A DNA stretch of 64,000 bases from positions 8,158-72,157 of IMG/VR virus record IMGVR_UViG_3300010157_000059, one strand, 5' to 3'. This document shows positions 1-10,100 of the stretch, in pieces (positions within the stretch are counted from its first letter, which is position 1; every line of letters starts with the position of its first letter). Origin of the DNA: a virus. The notes under the pieces are model-generated. The model had not been told where the DNA came from. It searched no databases and saw only the letters and a list, made by a program, of their open reading frames with translations. A program made the translations under genes and the position numbers.

Positions 1-2
1 TC

Positions 3-371
3 ATGGCTACATCATATAAAATTTTAGGCCAAAAAGTAATTGCTACCACCAATACAGGGCTAGTCCTTTATGTAGCAACACCAGCTAGCTTAACTTGTCA
101 GACTATTGTTTCTACTATTACAGTATGTAACACTAACAGTACTACATCTACTTACTCAATTGCTGTAAAGCAATTAGACGCAGCTACTAACCCAGTAGAT
201 CTTTTGCCATCTCTCACTAATGAGAGTTACGTAGTGTATAGCGCGTCAATTGCTCCTAATGAAACTGTTTCCTACACCCTAGGACTGACTCTAGACAAGT
301 TTGACAAAATAGTTGTAAATGGAACGGCAGGAGTATCCTTTAACGCGTATGGTTCGGAGACCCAAGCATGA
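3..371 (+). CDS. hypothetical virion structural protein (MATxYKILGQ-type small beta protein)
   Basis: 122-aa Thr/Ser/Val-rich ORF at the start of the structural gene run; overlaps the next ORF (ATGA). Confidence 0.6.
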   Translation: MATSYKILGQKVIATTNTGLVLYVATPASLTCQTIVSTITVCNTNSTTSTYSIAVKQLDAATNPVDLLPSLTNESYVVYSASIAPNETVSYTLGLTLDKFDKIVVNGTAGVSFNAYGSETQA

Positions 372-769
372 GCGTAAAATCTAATGGCGATAGCTCTAAG
401 CCAGATATTTTTTCTGGATCGGTAGTTTTTCCTTCAACAGCTTCCTGGCCAACTGGAGGAAGTGCAAACTTTTACACCTATACGGGCGTTGGAGGCACTC
501 TTTACAGAAGTTGTTCAGTAGTCTTTGTATCCACAGGAACTTACGTTTTTAAAAATTACCCAATTATTACTGCAACGATTAGTAATGGTGATTCGGCAAC
601 TTTTAGGCTAATTCCAAGAATAGCTAATGTTGGTAAAGACGGATTTGTACTCTATGTATATAACTCAGGAACTTCTGGGGTTGAACTAGCCAACCCACTA
701 ACTGTCAACTGGGTAGCTAGAGAAGCAACTATTGGTAAATCTGCCGAAGCTCCAAATCCAAACCAATGA
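368..769 (+). CDS. putative tail fibre/lectin-like structural protein
   Basis: F-x-x-x-P-x-I-x-A-T ... GF-x-L-Y-V ... VNWVA pattern resembles H-type lectin/gp53-like tail modules. Confidence 0.45.
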   Translation: MSVKSNGDSSKPDIFSGSVVFPSTASWPTGGSANFYTYTGVGGTLYRSCSVVFVSTGTYVFKNYPIITATISNGDSATFRLIPRIANVGKDGFVLYVYNSGTSGVELANPLTVNWVAREATIGKSAEAPNPNQ

Positions 770-1275
770 AAGCTAGCAGCCCAGGCGGTAGATTTAGTAT
801 CCCTTTTGAGCGTCGTTCAATACTCTCAGGGATTACTCAAGATCTACGCATACCCGTAGGCCAGACAGTAAATTGGTGGAGATGGGACGCTACCGCTACT
901 GGAGTAGACGATGTATATGATGTTGGCTCTCTAGGGACTGGTCGTGTATGGAAAACCGGATTTAATGTTCCTGCTGTAAATGCTGTCGTCTTTCAGGGCG
1001 TTACCCTTCAGGATGAGCGTGGGTTCTACAACACTGATGTTCTTAGAATTACTCTTAATATGGAAGATGTAGAGCGCCTACTTCCCACTCTCCCTACATC
1101 CCCAGATGATTTCCTAAGAGATCGAATTGTCTACCGCAACGAGGTTTTTAGGCCTACACACTTCTTCCCACGTGGTTTAATTAAGGGTAAATACACGTTG
1201 TTTACGTTGGACGCTTCTCAGGTCAACCCAGAAGAAATGGTCAACGACGATCAATTTACAGCATATTCAAACTAA
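766..1275 (+). CDS. putative head-tail joining/head closure protein
   Basis: 169 aa, DRIVYRNEVF motif, position upstream of tail genes. Confidence 0.5.
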   Translation: MKASSPGGRFSIPFERRSILSGITQDLRIPVGQTVNWWRWDATATGVDDVYDVGSLGTGRVWKTGFNVPAVNAVVFQGVTLQDERGFYNTDVLRITLNMEDVERLLPTLPTSPDDFLRDRIVYRNEVFRPTHFFPRGLIKGKYTLFTLDASQVNPEEMVNDDQFTAYSN

Positions 1276-1293
1276 AGGAAAAGGTAATAAATA

Positions 1294-1602
1294 ATGGCTC
1301 TTGACCATATCCCAGTACAGCCCGCTTCTGGTAAAAGTGTACTATTCACTGTTCCAAAGGGTACTCCACAGTGCCAAGTTACCATCCAAAATAGAAGTGC
1401 AACCATTGATATTGCTATTGGTGACGACACTATTGGTGCAGTGACTGGCGCTAACGCTGGTATTAAGATAGCGGCTGGTGGACAACTTCAGTTATTCTTA
1501 AACAGTGAAGATATTGTGTATGCTTACTCAGGTTCTGCATTTACTACAGAATATGTAGTTGTTTTGTTTTCATACGTACCCACGTGGGATGGGCGTAAAT
1601 AA
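1294..1602 (+). CDS. hypothetical structural protein
   Basis: 102-aa beta-rich ORF with an AAGG-type RBS. Confidence 0.55.
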   Translation: MALDHIPVQPASGKSVLFTVPKGTPQCQVTIQNRSATIDIAIGDDTIGAVTGANAGIKIAAGGQLQLFLNSEDIVYAYSGSAFTTEYVVVLFSYVPTWDGRK

Positions 1603-1607
1603 CAGGT

Positions 1608-1802
1608 ATGAAGCCTAAAAGTTCTCAGATTCGCATAGACGGTCAGACCCATAGAGTATATAAAAAAGGTTCTGACATATATGTGGATCATGTTGAAAAG
1701 CATGGTGGAGACTGGGATGTAATAAACTTGACTGATAAGTCAGGAGCAAAAACGATTTTACAGGGTGTAAAAGCGGTAAAAGATTGGCACGAGGAGCATT
1801 AA
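1608..1802 (+). CDS. hypothetical protein
   Basis: 64-aa ORF in a tightly packed operon. Confidence 0.55.
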   Translation: MKPKSSQIRIDGQTHRVYKKGSDIYVDHVEKHGGDWDVINLTDKSGAKTILQGVKAVKDWHEEH

Positions 1803-1919
1803 ATGTGTGCAACATGTGGCTGTGGAGCCCCAAAAAACAAGCACGGCGAAAAGACCCTAGCGGCTGCTAACAAGAAGTTCGCTAAGAAAACTACTACAAA
1901 GAAAGCTGGTAAGAAGTAA
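1803..1919 (+). CDS. small Cys/Lys-rich protein (38 aa, MCATCGCGAPKNKHG...KKAGKK)
   Basis: Read by hand, not in ORF track; GAGGAG RBS upstream; its stop overlaps the next start (TAATG). Confidence 0.7.
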   Translation: MCATCGCGAPKNKHGEKTLAAANKKFAKKTTTKKAGKK

Positions 1920-2059
1920 TGTGTAAAAAGTGTAAAAAAGCTAAGTGCGTATGCAAGAACAGCAAGTGCACAAATTGTGGAAAAGCCAGTTGCTCTTGCA
2001 GCAAGAAGGCTCCAGCTAAGAAGGCAGTAGCCAAGAAGGCTCCAGCTAAAAAGAAATAA
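1919..2059 (+). CDS. metallothionein-like/histone H1-like microprotein (46 aa)
   Basis: MCKKCKKAKCVCKNSKCTNCGKASCSCSKKAPAKKAVAKKAPAKKK; translationally coupled to the previous ORF. Confidence 0.7.
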   Translation: MCKKCKKAKCVCKNSKCTNCGKASCSCSKKAPAKKAVAKKAPAKKK

Positions 2060-2084
2060 GTTAAGCAGGATTATTTAATAGTTT

Positions 2085-2138
2085 GGCAGTACATTCATAG
2101 TGACGCCGGATTTATCCGGAACCTGCTGAAGTACTGCC
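2085..2138 (+). other. long intergenic hairpin (candidate structured RNA/processing site)
   Basis: GGCAGTAC/GTACTGCC closing stem, TTCA/TGAA, apical CCGGA-TTTA-TCCGG. Confidence 0.45.
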
Positions 2139-2159
2139 CCTCAAGAAGAGGATTTTGCG

Positions 2160-2315
2160 ATGTTAAATCTAGCCGAGCGCTTAGCTCGTATGGAAAGTGA
2201 TGCCGACCGCCGAGAGTTTCTCGTTGGTTTGCGAGGCACTGACCGAGTAAATCTTTTGTCTTTAGCAGCAGGTTGGGTTGGTACGTCCTTGCTGTTAAAG
2301 GCGATAAAAAAGTGA
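2160..2315 (+). CDS. small hypothetical protein (51 aa, MLNLAERLARMESDADRREF...)
   Basis: Read by hand; AGAGGA RBS; TGA overlaps the GTG of the next gene. Confidence 0.55.
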   Translation: MLNLAERLARMESDADRREFLVGLRGTDRVNLLSLAAGWVGTSLLLKAIKK

Positions 2316-2641
2316 CTGACATTCCAAAATTAGCAGCTAATTTTAAAGCTACAGGTGACTGGTCAGAAAGAAAATTGACCGCTAGACTTCGACGCCATGC
2401 CTATGAAAGTGGCTGGCCAGTAGAACTAGGGCACGCTTTAGAGGTAAAGCATAATGACAGTGGCGATTTTAACATTCAGTACCCTGAACACTTAGAAGGT
2501 CAGATTCTTGGCATTGAGTACGGAAACCAAGAGGTAGTTCAAAATCCTGCCATGCTAAGAGTAAGTAATCGCTCTGACGATATATTTGATGAGCACTTAT
2601 CTCGTATCTCCACCGCACTGAGTGAGGTGAAGTATATCTAA
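2312..2641 (+). CDS. putative neck/tail completion protein
   Basis: IEYG motif; the likely start is GTG at 2312 rather than TTG at 2273. Confidence 0.5.
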   Translation: MTDIPKLAANFKATGDWSERKLTARLRRHAYESGWPVELGHALEVKHNDSGDFNIQYPEHLEGQILGIEYGNQEVVQNPAMLRVSNRSDDIFDEHLSRISTALSEVKYI

Positions 2642-3234
2642 TGCCATTTTTACTTAGTGAAGATAAAGCTTTAAAAACACTTTTAAAAAGCAGAGTTGCA
2701 GTAACAGACTCTAAGAATAACCTACGTACTGTAGGTGTATGGTTTGGTCAACCAGATGTTGAAATCCGCGACCAGTCTTACCCATACATGACTATTGAGT
2801 TATCTGACATTTCTCACGCTAAAGATCGTCAGCACAGCGGAGTTACAGAACTTAACTACATCCCTGAAGCAAAAGACCTTAATGGAAATATACTTACAGC
2901 GTCTGCTAAAAGATGGACTGAGAGCCCTACTCCAGTAAATCTTGACTACCAAATTGTTTCTTACTGCCGTCAGCCATTGCATGATCGCCAGATCTTGTCA
3001 ACAGTGCTAACGGACCTATTGCCGTTTAGATTCGGCATGCTAGAGATTCCAGAAGACAATACTGCCCGCAGAATTGAACTTCTTGGATACGCCAAAAGAG
3101 ATACGACTGAGCAAGGGAAAAGGCTGTTTGTTAATGTCTTTTCCATTAGAGTTAATGCTGAGCTCTTTAGTACTGGAATTGTTCAGGAACTAAACTCTAT
3201 TGGCAATATTAAATATTCGAGTGAAAATTTATAG
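2641..3234 (+). CDS. putative tail terminator/sheath stabiliser
   Basis: YPYMTIEL...PTPVNLDYQI motifs; immediately upstream of the sheath gene. Confidence 0.65.
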   Translation: MPFLLSEDKALKTLLKSRVAVTDSKNNLRTVGVWFGQPDVEIRDQSYPYMTIELSDISHAKDRQHSGVTELNYIPEAKDLNGNILTASAKRWTESPTPVNLDYQIVSYCRQPLHDRQILSTVLTDLLPFRFGMLEIPEDNTARRIELLGYAKRDTTEQGKRLFVNVFSIRVNAELFSTGIVQELNSIGNIKYSSENL

Positions 3235-3307
3235 CAGCAGCAATGTTGTACCGCGCATAATTCCTAAACCTAAGATTAAAACACAACTATTAACTTAAGG
3301 AGTTAAA

Positions 3308-5446
3308 ATGGCTTCATTAGGCCGTCCTGGTGTATACATCCAGGAAACAACTGTGCAGCAGACGACCCCGTTAACGGCTCGTACTGATGCAATTGCTGCT
3401 TTCGTAGGCAGTACTGCAAGAGGACCACTTACCCCAGGTATTGTTTCTTCTTGGTCAGACTTTGTAAAAGCATACGGTGGCTTGGATTACAACTACCCAA
3501 CAACTGTTGCTGCTTACATGTTCTTTTCAAATGGTGGTCGTGACGCATACGTACGTCGTGTAGTTGCCACTGACTCAGCTGTCGCTTCAAGAACCCTAAA
3601 GCAGGCAGACGGTAGCACGGATGCCGTAACAGTAAAGGCAACTAACGCAGGTGCTTGGGGAAACGCTCTAAGTGTTCAGGTTACTTCTTCTGATGTTACT
3701 TCAAAGAAGTTTAGCCTTGCAGTGTTTGGTGCTCCACTATCCATTTCTGGAGGTAGCGGAACGTCTAACCTTCTAGAGCAGTTTAATGATTTGAGTTTGG
3801 ATTCAACAAACCCTCGTTATGCGCTTGCAATTGTTAACACATTCTCAAACTACATCTCACTTACTGCAGTTTCAGGTAATACAACGTTTATTCCTCCGGC
3901 ATACTCAGCTGTAGTAGCTCAGTTATCAAGTGGATCTGATGGTTCAGCTGTTGCTGGCACAGACATTACGTTAGCCCTTTCAGACTTTGACGTAGTTAAT
4001 GCCCCTATGCTGTTCAATGCCCCAGATATTGCTACTCTTGCTAGCGCATCAGCAACAAAGTCAGCAGCTATTACTGCTCAGGCTGCATTGCTACGTTACG
4101 CTGAAGCTCGTGGAGATGGATTTGTTATTGTAGACACTCCTTCAGGCCTAAGCGCATTTGACGCTCAGACTTACGCAAGCGATGTATACAATGCTGCAAC
4201 TGCTGCTTCTTCTACAGTTTCTTCATTCACAGTATCTGCTGCCGCTCCAAGCACTCCATCTGCTGGTTCGGTTACCTACACAACTGGTACTACCCCGCAT
4301 AACTTCATTGCTGGTCAGACAGTAACTCTTGCTGGTATGACTAACTCTGCAAACATTACAGGTACTGCTGCATCAGTAGTTCGCCCAGGCTACCAGGGAG
4401 CTACTCAGGTTGCAGGCTTTGTAACTATTACAACTGGCGCTGCCCATGGCTTCAAGAATAACGATACGGTAGTAGTTTCAGGTATTACAAATACTGCAGA
4501 TGGAAACTCAACAGGAACCTCCGCATACAACGGTACTTACACAATCACTGTTGTTGATACTACTAACTTCTACTTTGCTAACGCAAACACTGGAACAGTT
4601 ACAACTTTGACATCTGCAAAGGCAATTAGCCAAGGTTACTCAGGTAAGTTCACAATTACTTCGGTGCCTACAACTGTAACCTTTGTAACAAGTAACACTG
4701 AGAGTGGAACCGCTATCCTTTCAAGTGCTAGCGCTTCCGTAACCAATACTTGGACTACAAGTACTGCTAGTGGCGCTAACGCGGCTATCTACTACCCATG
4801 GATTGCAATTCCAGATACAAGCAAGTCAGTTCCTGGTGTTACCAAAAATGTTGCTCCTGGTGGCGCTATCCTAGGCGTTTACCAAGATACCGATGCTTCT
4901 CGTGGCGTATTTAAGTCCCCTGCAGGTTATTCAGCAAACATTAACATTGCTGTGGATCTTGAATACGATACTACAGGCAAGCCACGTCGCTTGACTAATG
5001 ATCAATTGGATACGCTAAACACTGCAGCCTATCCAGTTAACCCAATTCGTGTTGCCCCTGGTGCAGGTATTGTGGTTATGGGTGCCCGCACACTTAACAA
5101 CGTATCTCCTAACCGCTACGTCAACATGCGTCGAAGCATGATTTACATCAAGAAGCAAATTGAACTTCGTTCCCAGTTTGCAGTATTTGAGAACAATGAT
5201 GAATGGTTGTGGCGCCAATTGCGTTCAAGCCTCAGCAACTTCTTGAATATGTACTGGCAGCAAGGTGGCCTTCGTGGTGCAACTCCTGAGCAAGCTTTCT
5301 ATGTCAAGTGTGACGGCGTGACAACTGGCGATGTTGACATTGCCAATGGTCAGGTTAACATTCAGGTTGGTGTGGCTCTTGAGTACCCTGCCGAGTTTGT
5401 TGTTATCAATATTGGTCAGCTAACCGGTAGCGCGACCGCGTTCTAA
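3308..5446 (+). CDS. contractile tail sheath protein
   Basis: RPGVYIQE N-terminus, YYPWI, GARTL...RYVNMRR, FENND, PAEFVVINI C-terminus. Confidence 0.95.
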   Translation: MASLGRPGVYIQETTVQQTTPLTARTDAIAAFVGSTARGPLTPGIVSSWSDFVKAYGGLDYNYPTTVAAYMFFSNGGRDAYVRRVVATDSAVASRTLKQADGSTDAVTVKATNAGAWGNALSVQVTSSDVTSKKFSLAVFGAPLSISGGSGTSNLLEQFNDLSLDSTNPRYALAIVNTFSNYISLTAVSGNTTFIPPAYSAVVAQLSSGSDGSAVAGTDITLALSDFDVVNAPMLFNAPDIATLASASATKSAAITAQAALLRYAEARGDGFVIVDTPSGLSAFDAQTYASDVYNAATAASSTVSSFTVSAAAPSTPSAGSVTYTTGTTPHNFIAGQTVTLAGMTNSANITGTAASVVRPGYQGATQVAGFVTITTGAAHGFKNNDTVVVSGITNTADGNSTGTSAYNGTYTITVVDTTNFYFANANTGTVTTLTSAKAISQGYSGKFTITSVPTTVTFVTSNTESGTAILSSASASVTNTWTTSTASGANAAIYYPWIAIPDTSKSVPGVTKNVAPGGAILGVYQDTDASRGVFKSPAGYSANINIAVDLEYDTTGKPRRLTNDQLDTLNTAAYPVNPIRVAPGAGIVVMGARTLNNVSPNRYVNMRRSMIYIKKQIELRSQFAVFENNDEWLWRQLRSSLSNFLNMYWQQGGLRGATPEQAFYVKCDGVTTGDVDIANGQVNIQVGVALEYPAEFVVINIGQLTGSATAF

Positions 5447-5462
5447 TTAAGGAGAATATACA

Positions 5463-6125
5463 ATGTTAACATCCCCAGGTGGACCCGGAAGTGGCGGTAA
5501 CGCTTCAGGCGCTTCCAGCGTAAACATTTTTCCTTTCAGTAGCGTAGCTACGGACCCAATCCGTAACTTTAGGTTCTTGGTAGAATTTCTACCTCATGAC
5601 CAAACGTCGACTGCTAAGGTTAAATTTAAGAAGACTCTAGGCTTTACTAACGTGTCAGGTTTTGGCATGCAGGTAGACCCTATTGCCTATCGTGAAGGCG
5701 GATACAACACCGCTGTTCACCAGTTGCCAGGTCAGACCACTTTTGAGCCAATTAACTTTACAAGAGGTCAGACTCTAGGCAGCACCCAAAATAGCGACTG
5801 GATGCGTCAGTTGTTCTCGGTTATCTCAGGCCGCGCCCAAGCGGGTGCCGGACATGACTTCCGCTGTAACATTGATGTGTCGGTACTAAGTCATCCAAAC
5901 CCTGCGGGTACCACTGCAGAAAATGGGGCAGCTGCTAAGAACCCATGGGAACTTCACGTTTCTATGCGTTTCCGTATCTACAATGCGTGGATTCAGAGAC
6001 TGGTTTACGGCGATCTTCAGGCAGCAGGCAGCCTAATGGTTGAAGGCATGACAGTAGTACACGAAGGCTTTGACGTTAACTACGCTAACGATTACAAGAC
6101 TTCAGCCGCAACATTCACGATCTAA
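5463..6125 (+). CDS. tail tube protein (T4 gp19-like)
   Basis: DPIRNFRFLVEF, YREGG...HQLPGQ...INFTRG, FRIYNAW motifs; follows the sheath gene. Confidence 0.9.
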   Translation: MLTSPGGPGSGGNASGASSVNIFPFSSVATDPIRNFRFLVEFLPHDQTSTAKVKFKKTLGFTNVSGFGMQVDPIAYREGGYNTAVHQLPGQTTFEPINFTRGQTLGSTQNSDWMRQLFSVISGRAQAGAGHDFRCNIDVSVLSHPNPAGTTAENGAAAKNPWELHVSMRFRIYNAWIQRLVYGDLQAAGSLMVEGMTVVHEGFDVNYANDYKTSAATFTI

Positions 6126-6150
6126 AACCTAAATTAAGAGGGAACACAAT

Positions 6151-6999
6151 ATGTCAACTGAAACCGTAAGTGCACTCGATAACCCTGAACTAGCTGCACA
6201 GTTAGCTCAGGCCGCCATAGCAATGTCTAACTCCGTAGAGGAGGAGGAGACACAGGCTTCGCCTGTGGATGGTCCTGTAGAGATCACTCCTCCTCCTTCC
6301 GGAGATGTCAAGCTACTAGCGGGAATCTACAACTCCTTTAATGGGGAACTTGTAGATACCGCGGAAATCCGCGAACTGACTGGGGTAGATGAAGAAGCTA
6401 TTGCAAAGATCAACGACTATGGTCGTAGTCTTATGGCAATTCTTGATCGTGCAACAGTCAAAATTGGAGAAGAAAAGGCAACCCCAGCAGTACTAGATCG
6501 TCTCCTAGCCGGAGATCGTGAATATTTAATTATTCAGATTCGAATTGCTACTTTTGGAAATGAGCTTGCTCTAAAGGCCAAATGTGCAGATTGTAATGAA
6601 ATTTACGATTTTACAATTGATTTGAATACTGATGTACCAATTAATCGTTTTGAAGACCCAATCTCGGATAGATCAATTGTGGTTAATTGTAAGGTAGGCG
6701 AGGTACTTGTAGAGTTCCCTAATGGAGCTGTACAACGCAAGCTAATTAATCTTCAAGACCGTACTGCAGCCGAAATGGATACCGTACTTCTTAAAGAGTG
6801 CATCATTGAAATTAATGATCAGCCAGTAATTAGTGTGGATCAGGTTAAAAACTTGGGTATGCAAGATCGTCGTAAGATTTTAGCTGAACTCTCAGATAAA
6901 AACCCAGGACCAGATCTTTCCAAGTTGGTTAAAGATTGCCCTTCTTGTGGGCTGGAGGTACCACTTCCGCTTACCCTAGCGGATCTGTTTCTTCTTTAA
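6151..6999 (+). CDS. tail assembly chaperone / T4 gp26-like baseplate hub assembly protein
   Basis: ELTGVDEE, DREYLIIQIRIATFG, two CxxC pairs; located between tube and tape measure. Confidence 0.75.
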   Translation: MSTETVSALDNPELAAQLAQAAIAMSNSVEEEETQASPVDGPVEITPPPSGDVKLLAGIYNSFNGELVDTAEIRELTGVDEEAIAKINDYGRSLMAILDRATVKIGEEKATPAVLDRLLAGDREYLIIQIRIATFGNELALKAKCADCNEIYDFTIDLNTDVPINRFEDPISDRSIVVNCKVGEVLVEFPNGAVQRKLINLQDRTAAEMDTVLLKECIIEINDQPVISVDQVKNLGMQDRRKILAELSDKNPGPDLSKLVKDCPSCGLEVPLPLTLADLFLL

Positions 7000-7156
7000 T
7001 AGAAAAGAACAATACGAGTACTTGTTATTTTCATATGAAATAATAAGTAAGTATTTTCCCGGATGGGGCTTAATGGAAATTAAGTCTTTAAGCCGCCGGG
7101 AGAGGGAAATTTGGTTAAAGCTAGCTTTGCTTAGATTAGGACATGGAGTTAAATAA
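6995..7156 (+). CDS. +1-frame extension of the tail assembly chaperone (FNRKEQYEYLLFSYEIISKYFPGWGLMEIKSLSRREREIW...)
   Basis: Open frame 6980-7156 without a good RBS/start; GW-x-L-x-EI-x-x-L-x-x-x-x-R-x-x-W pattern typical of chaperone C-terminal extensions; stop overlaps the tape measure ATG. Confidence 0.7.
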   Translation, partial: FNRKEQYEYLLFSYEIISKYFPGWGLMEIKSLSRREREIWLKLALLRLGHGVK

Positions 7157-10100
7157 TGGCACTCAATGAAAATTTGCCTAAAGCTACCTCCCCTAATAGC
7201 ATGACGGCCCCTACCCGTCCATCTCAAGAAATTGAGCGTGTAGACAAGCTGTACGACAGCATCCTAATGAAGGTTACAAAGATGGAGACATCTTTGAAAA
7301 AATCTGCTGAGTACATGCAACAGATGGGTGGGGGCAAAGATTCTAATGTAAATATTGGCTCAAATAGTAACGTTTTTAGTAAAGTAAATGACGTTACTAA
7401 TGCCACTATGGAGCAACTTAATAAGATAGTTCCTCCTGGCGAAGGACCTTCTGGTTGGGACAGATTTAAAGCTGGGGTATCTAGCACTGCATACTATGCA
7501 GCTGCAATGATGCCTAATACTCTTGATGCAGTAACTCAAAGAATTAGCACTCAGGGTGTTGCTTCTATGATTGGGCGAGATCCTAACGCTCTTATTCGCC
7601 AAAGCAACCAGTTGCTCAAAGGTGGCATGACTGGTCCTTACTCTGCCCAAACTTCTACAGCTATTCTAGCCAGCCAGGGCATTATCCCAACTATGGGTTC
7701 ATACGGAAACATTATGAACCAAGTTGGTGGTCTAAGCGTCCTTACCGGTATGAGCAATGAGCAAACAGCTTCGGGTATGGGCGGCATTAATGGCATGAAC
7801 TTCCTAAGAATGGGAATTAATGCTCGTAATGCAAATGGGAGCTTAAGAGACCCTGCCTCTCTTTCTAGTGACCTTTACAAACGCATGTTTGGGGCCAAGA
7901 ATATTACGGCTGAACAAGCTGCGCAGGTCTTTAATAGAAATTCCCGTTCTTACCAAGATATTGCTATGGCTGCCGGTGGCGACGAAAACTTGATGGCAAC
8001 TCTTCAGAATACTATCTATTATCAAGCTAGAAATGGCGGGAAAAAACTAGATCTTAATGCTGAGAATGTTAAGAATAATATTCTTAAACTGCCTAAAGAT
8101 GATCCTATGCGGGCTATGTACCACTACCAGGGCTCTGAAGCTAACAAGCTGGAAGCAACTGGTACAGGTCTTGTAGGCGGCTACAGCGGTGCTTTGAACT
8201 CTACGGCAACTGTGAATGACCAATTTGCTAAACTTGCAAGAATTCTACCAGCATTGACTACCGCATTTGGTAACCTAAAAGGATTCTTAGACACTTTACC
8301 TACTGCCGGTAATACTGGTGCCGCTATGTATGGGGGCATCTCCCAGGTTGCTCAAAAATTCCTTGATGGTAAGTCGGCGCAGTTTACATCTAAAGCTTTA
8401 GATAAACTCTTTGGAACAAACACCTCAGGGCAAGGACAGCCAGGAGTATCAAACCAGTTAGCAATAACATCAGGGCCAGGCCAACTGGCAATAACAGCAG
8501 GTCCACACCAGGCCGCAAATACTCCTATGGGAGCGGCTACAAACGTTGCTAATCAACTTGCAGATAAAGGCCTACACGCTATGTGGGGCAAACTTACTGG
8601 TAAAGAAGGCCAAAGCAGCCTTATGCAAGATATTAAAAAATCTGGCGGTATGAAAGCATGGGGTAAAAACCTTTTTTCGGCAGTTAAAGATGCAACTGTA
8701 GGGTACGCAAAAGGTGGAGTTAAAGGCGCAGTTACGGCTGCCGCTAAAGATTTAGCACCTAAACTTGGACGAGCAGTAATGTCTGCAGGAGATGCTGCAT
8801 TTGGGTACGGAGATCAAACTCAAACGGGTGGTTGGTCAAACCAAACCTCTATGCAGCCAATTGCAGGAGTTGCAGGACCTTATGAGCCTAGCGGACCTTC
8901 TCAGGGTAGTGCTATTCAGTATCCGGAGGATTACCCAGGGGCGTACCGAGGAGATCCTAACGACCCATCAAAAGTTACTTGGGTTCCCGGAAGTGTTCAA
9001 GACCCTGTAACAGGTAAATTTGTCAGTAACATGGAAGCTCGCAATGCTTGGCTTGCCAGCCAAGGGCAAAAGCAGGGTGGAGACAGTGGGGGAGGCAGTA
9101 ACACTCTTCTTGCACCAGGCAGTATGAAGAACCTCCTTACTAAAGGTCGATCCTTTATGAAAAGCCCAATGGGCAAAATGGCTGGAAGAGTTGCTTTAGG
9201 TGCGGCAACTGTTATGGCTACAAACTGGGCCGTGCCTAAACTTCGTGCATGGGGTGCCAAGCATGGTATTAAAGACCATAGTTTAAAAGATAATATAGGT
9301 ACTACAGCGGCATACATGGGCGGATATGCTGCGGCTGGAGCAATGGTAGCTGGGCCAGCTGGAGCAGTAGTAGGGGCTTTAGCAGGACTTGCTAGAGGTC
9401 TTTGGTATTCAACTCATAAACCTGAAAAAGAAGAAAAGCCTAAGAAAGTTAAGCATGATAGGTGGGGTCAAATTTATGACCCTGTTACTGGTAATGCACT
9501 ACTACCTATTAACCAAACTACTGGTCAATTTGACTCAGACGAATTTGATCGTACAGGGTATGGTCAAGCAAACCCAGACCTAAAGCGTTGGCAACAAGGT
9601 GGGTATCCAACCCCAAGTACTAGCTGGCTTAATGAAGGTAAGGGCTCCTCAGAGAGTAGCCTTACAAACATTATTAAAAAGGCAGGCTTTGGGCCACGTG
9701 CTACTGACATTGCTTATGCTGTTGCAATGGCGGAATCTGGCGGTAAAGCAACCGCGCACAATACTAATAAAAAAACTGGTGACAACTCATACGGGCTATT
9801 CCAAATTAATATGATTGGAGATATGGGCCCTAACCGACGTAAACAATTCCACCTTAAGTCCAACGATGAACTACTTGACCCCTTAACAAATGCTAAGGCC
9901 GCTTACGCTATCTCTAATAAAGGAACAAATTGGAGTCCTTGGTCTACCTACAAGACTGGCGCATATAAAAAACATTTGCACAAGTCTGGGGCTAATGACA
10001 GCACAGACCTATCTAAGTTAAAAGCCAATCAAAACAATGAGACTAAGTCAGATCTTCCACGTAATGCTCGTGAAGCTGCACAATGGGCTATTCAACAAGT

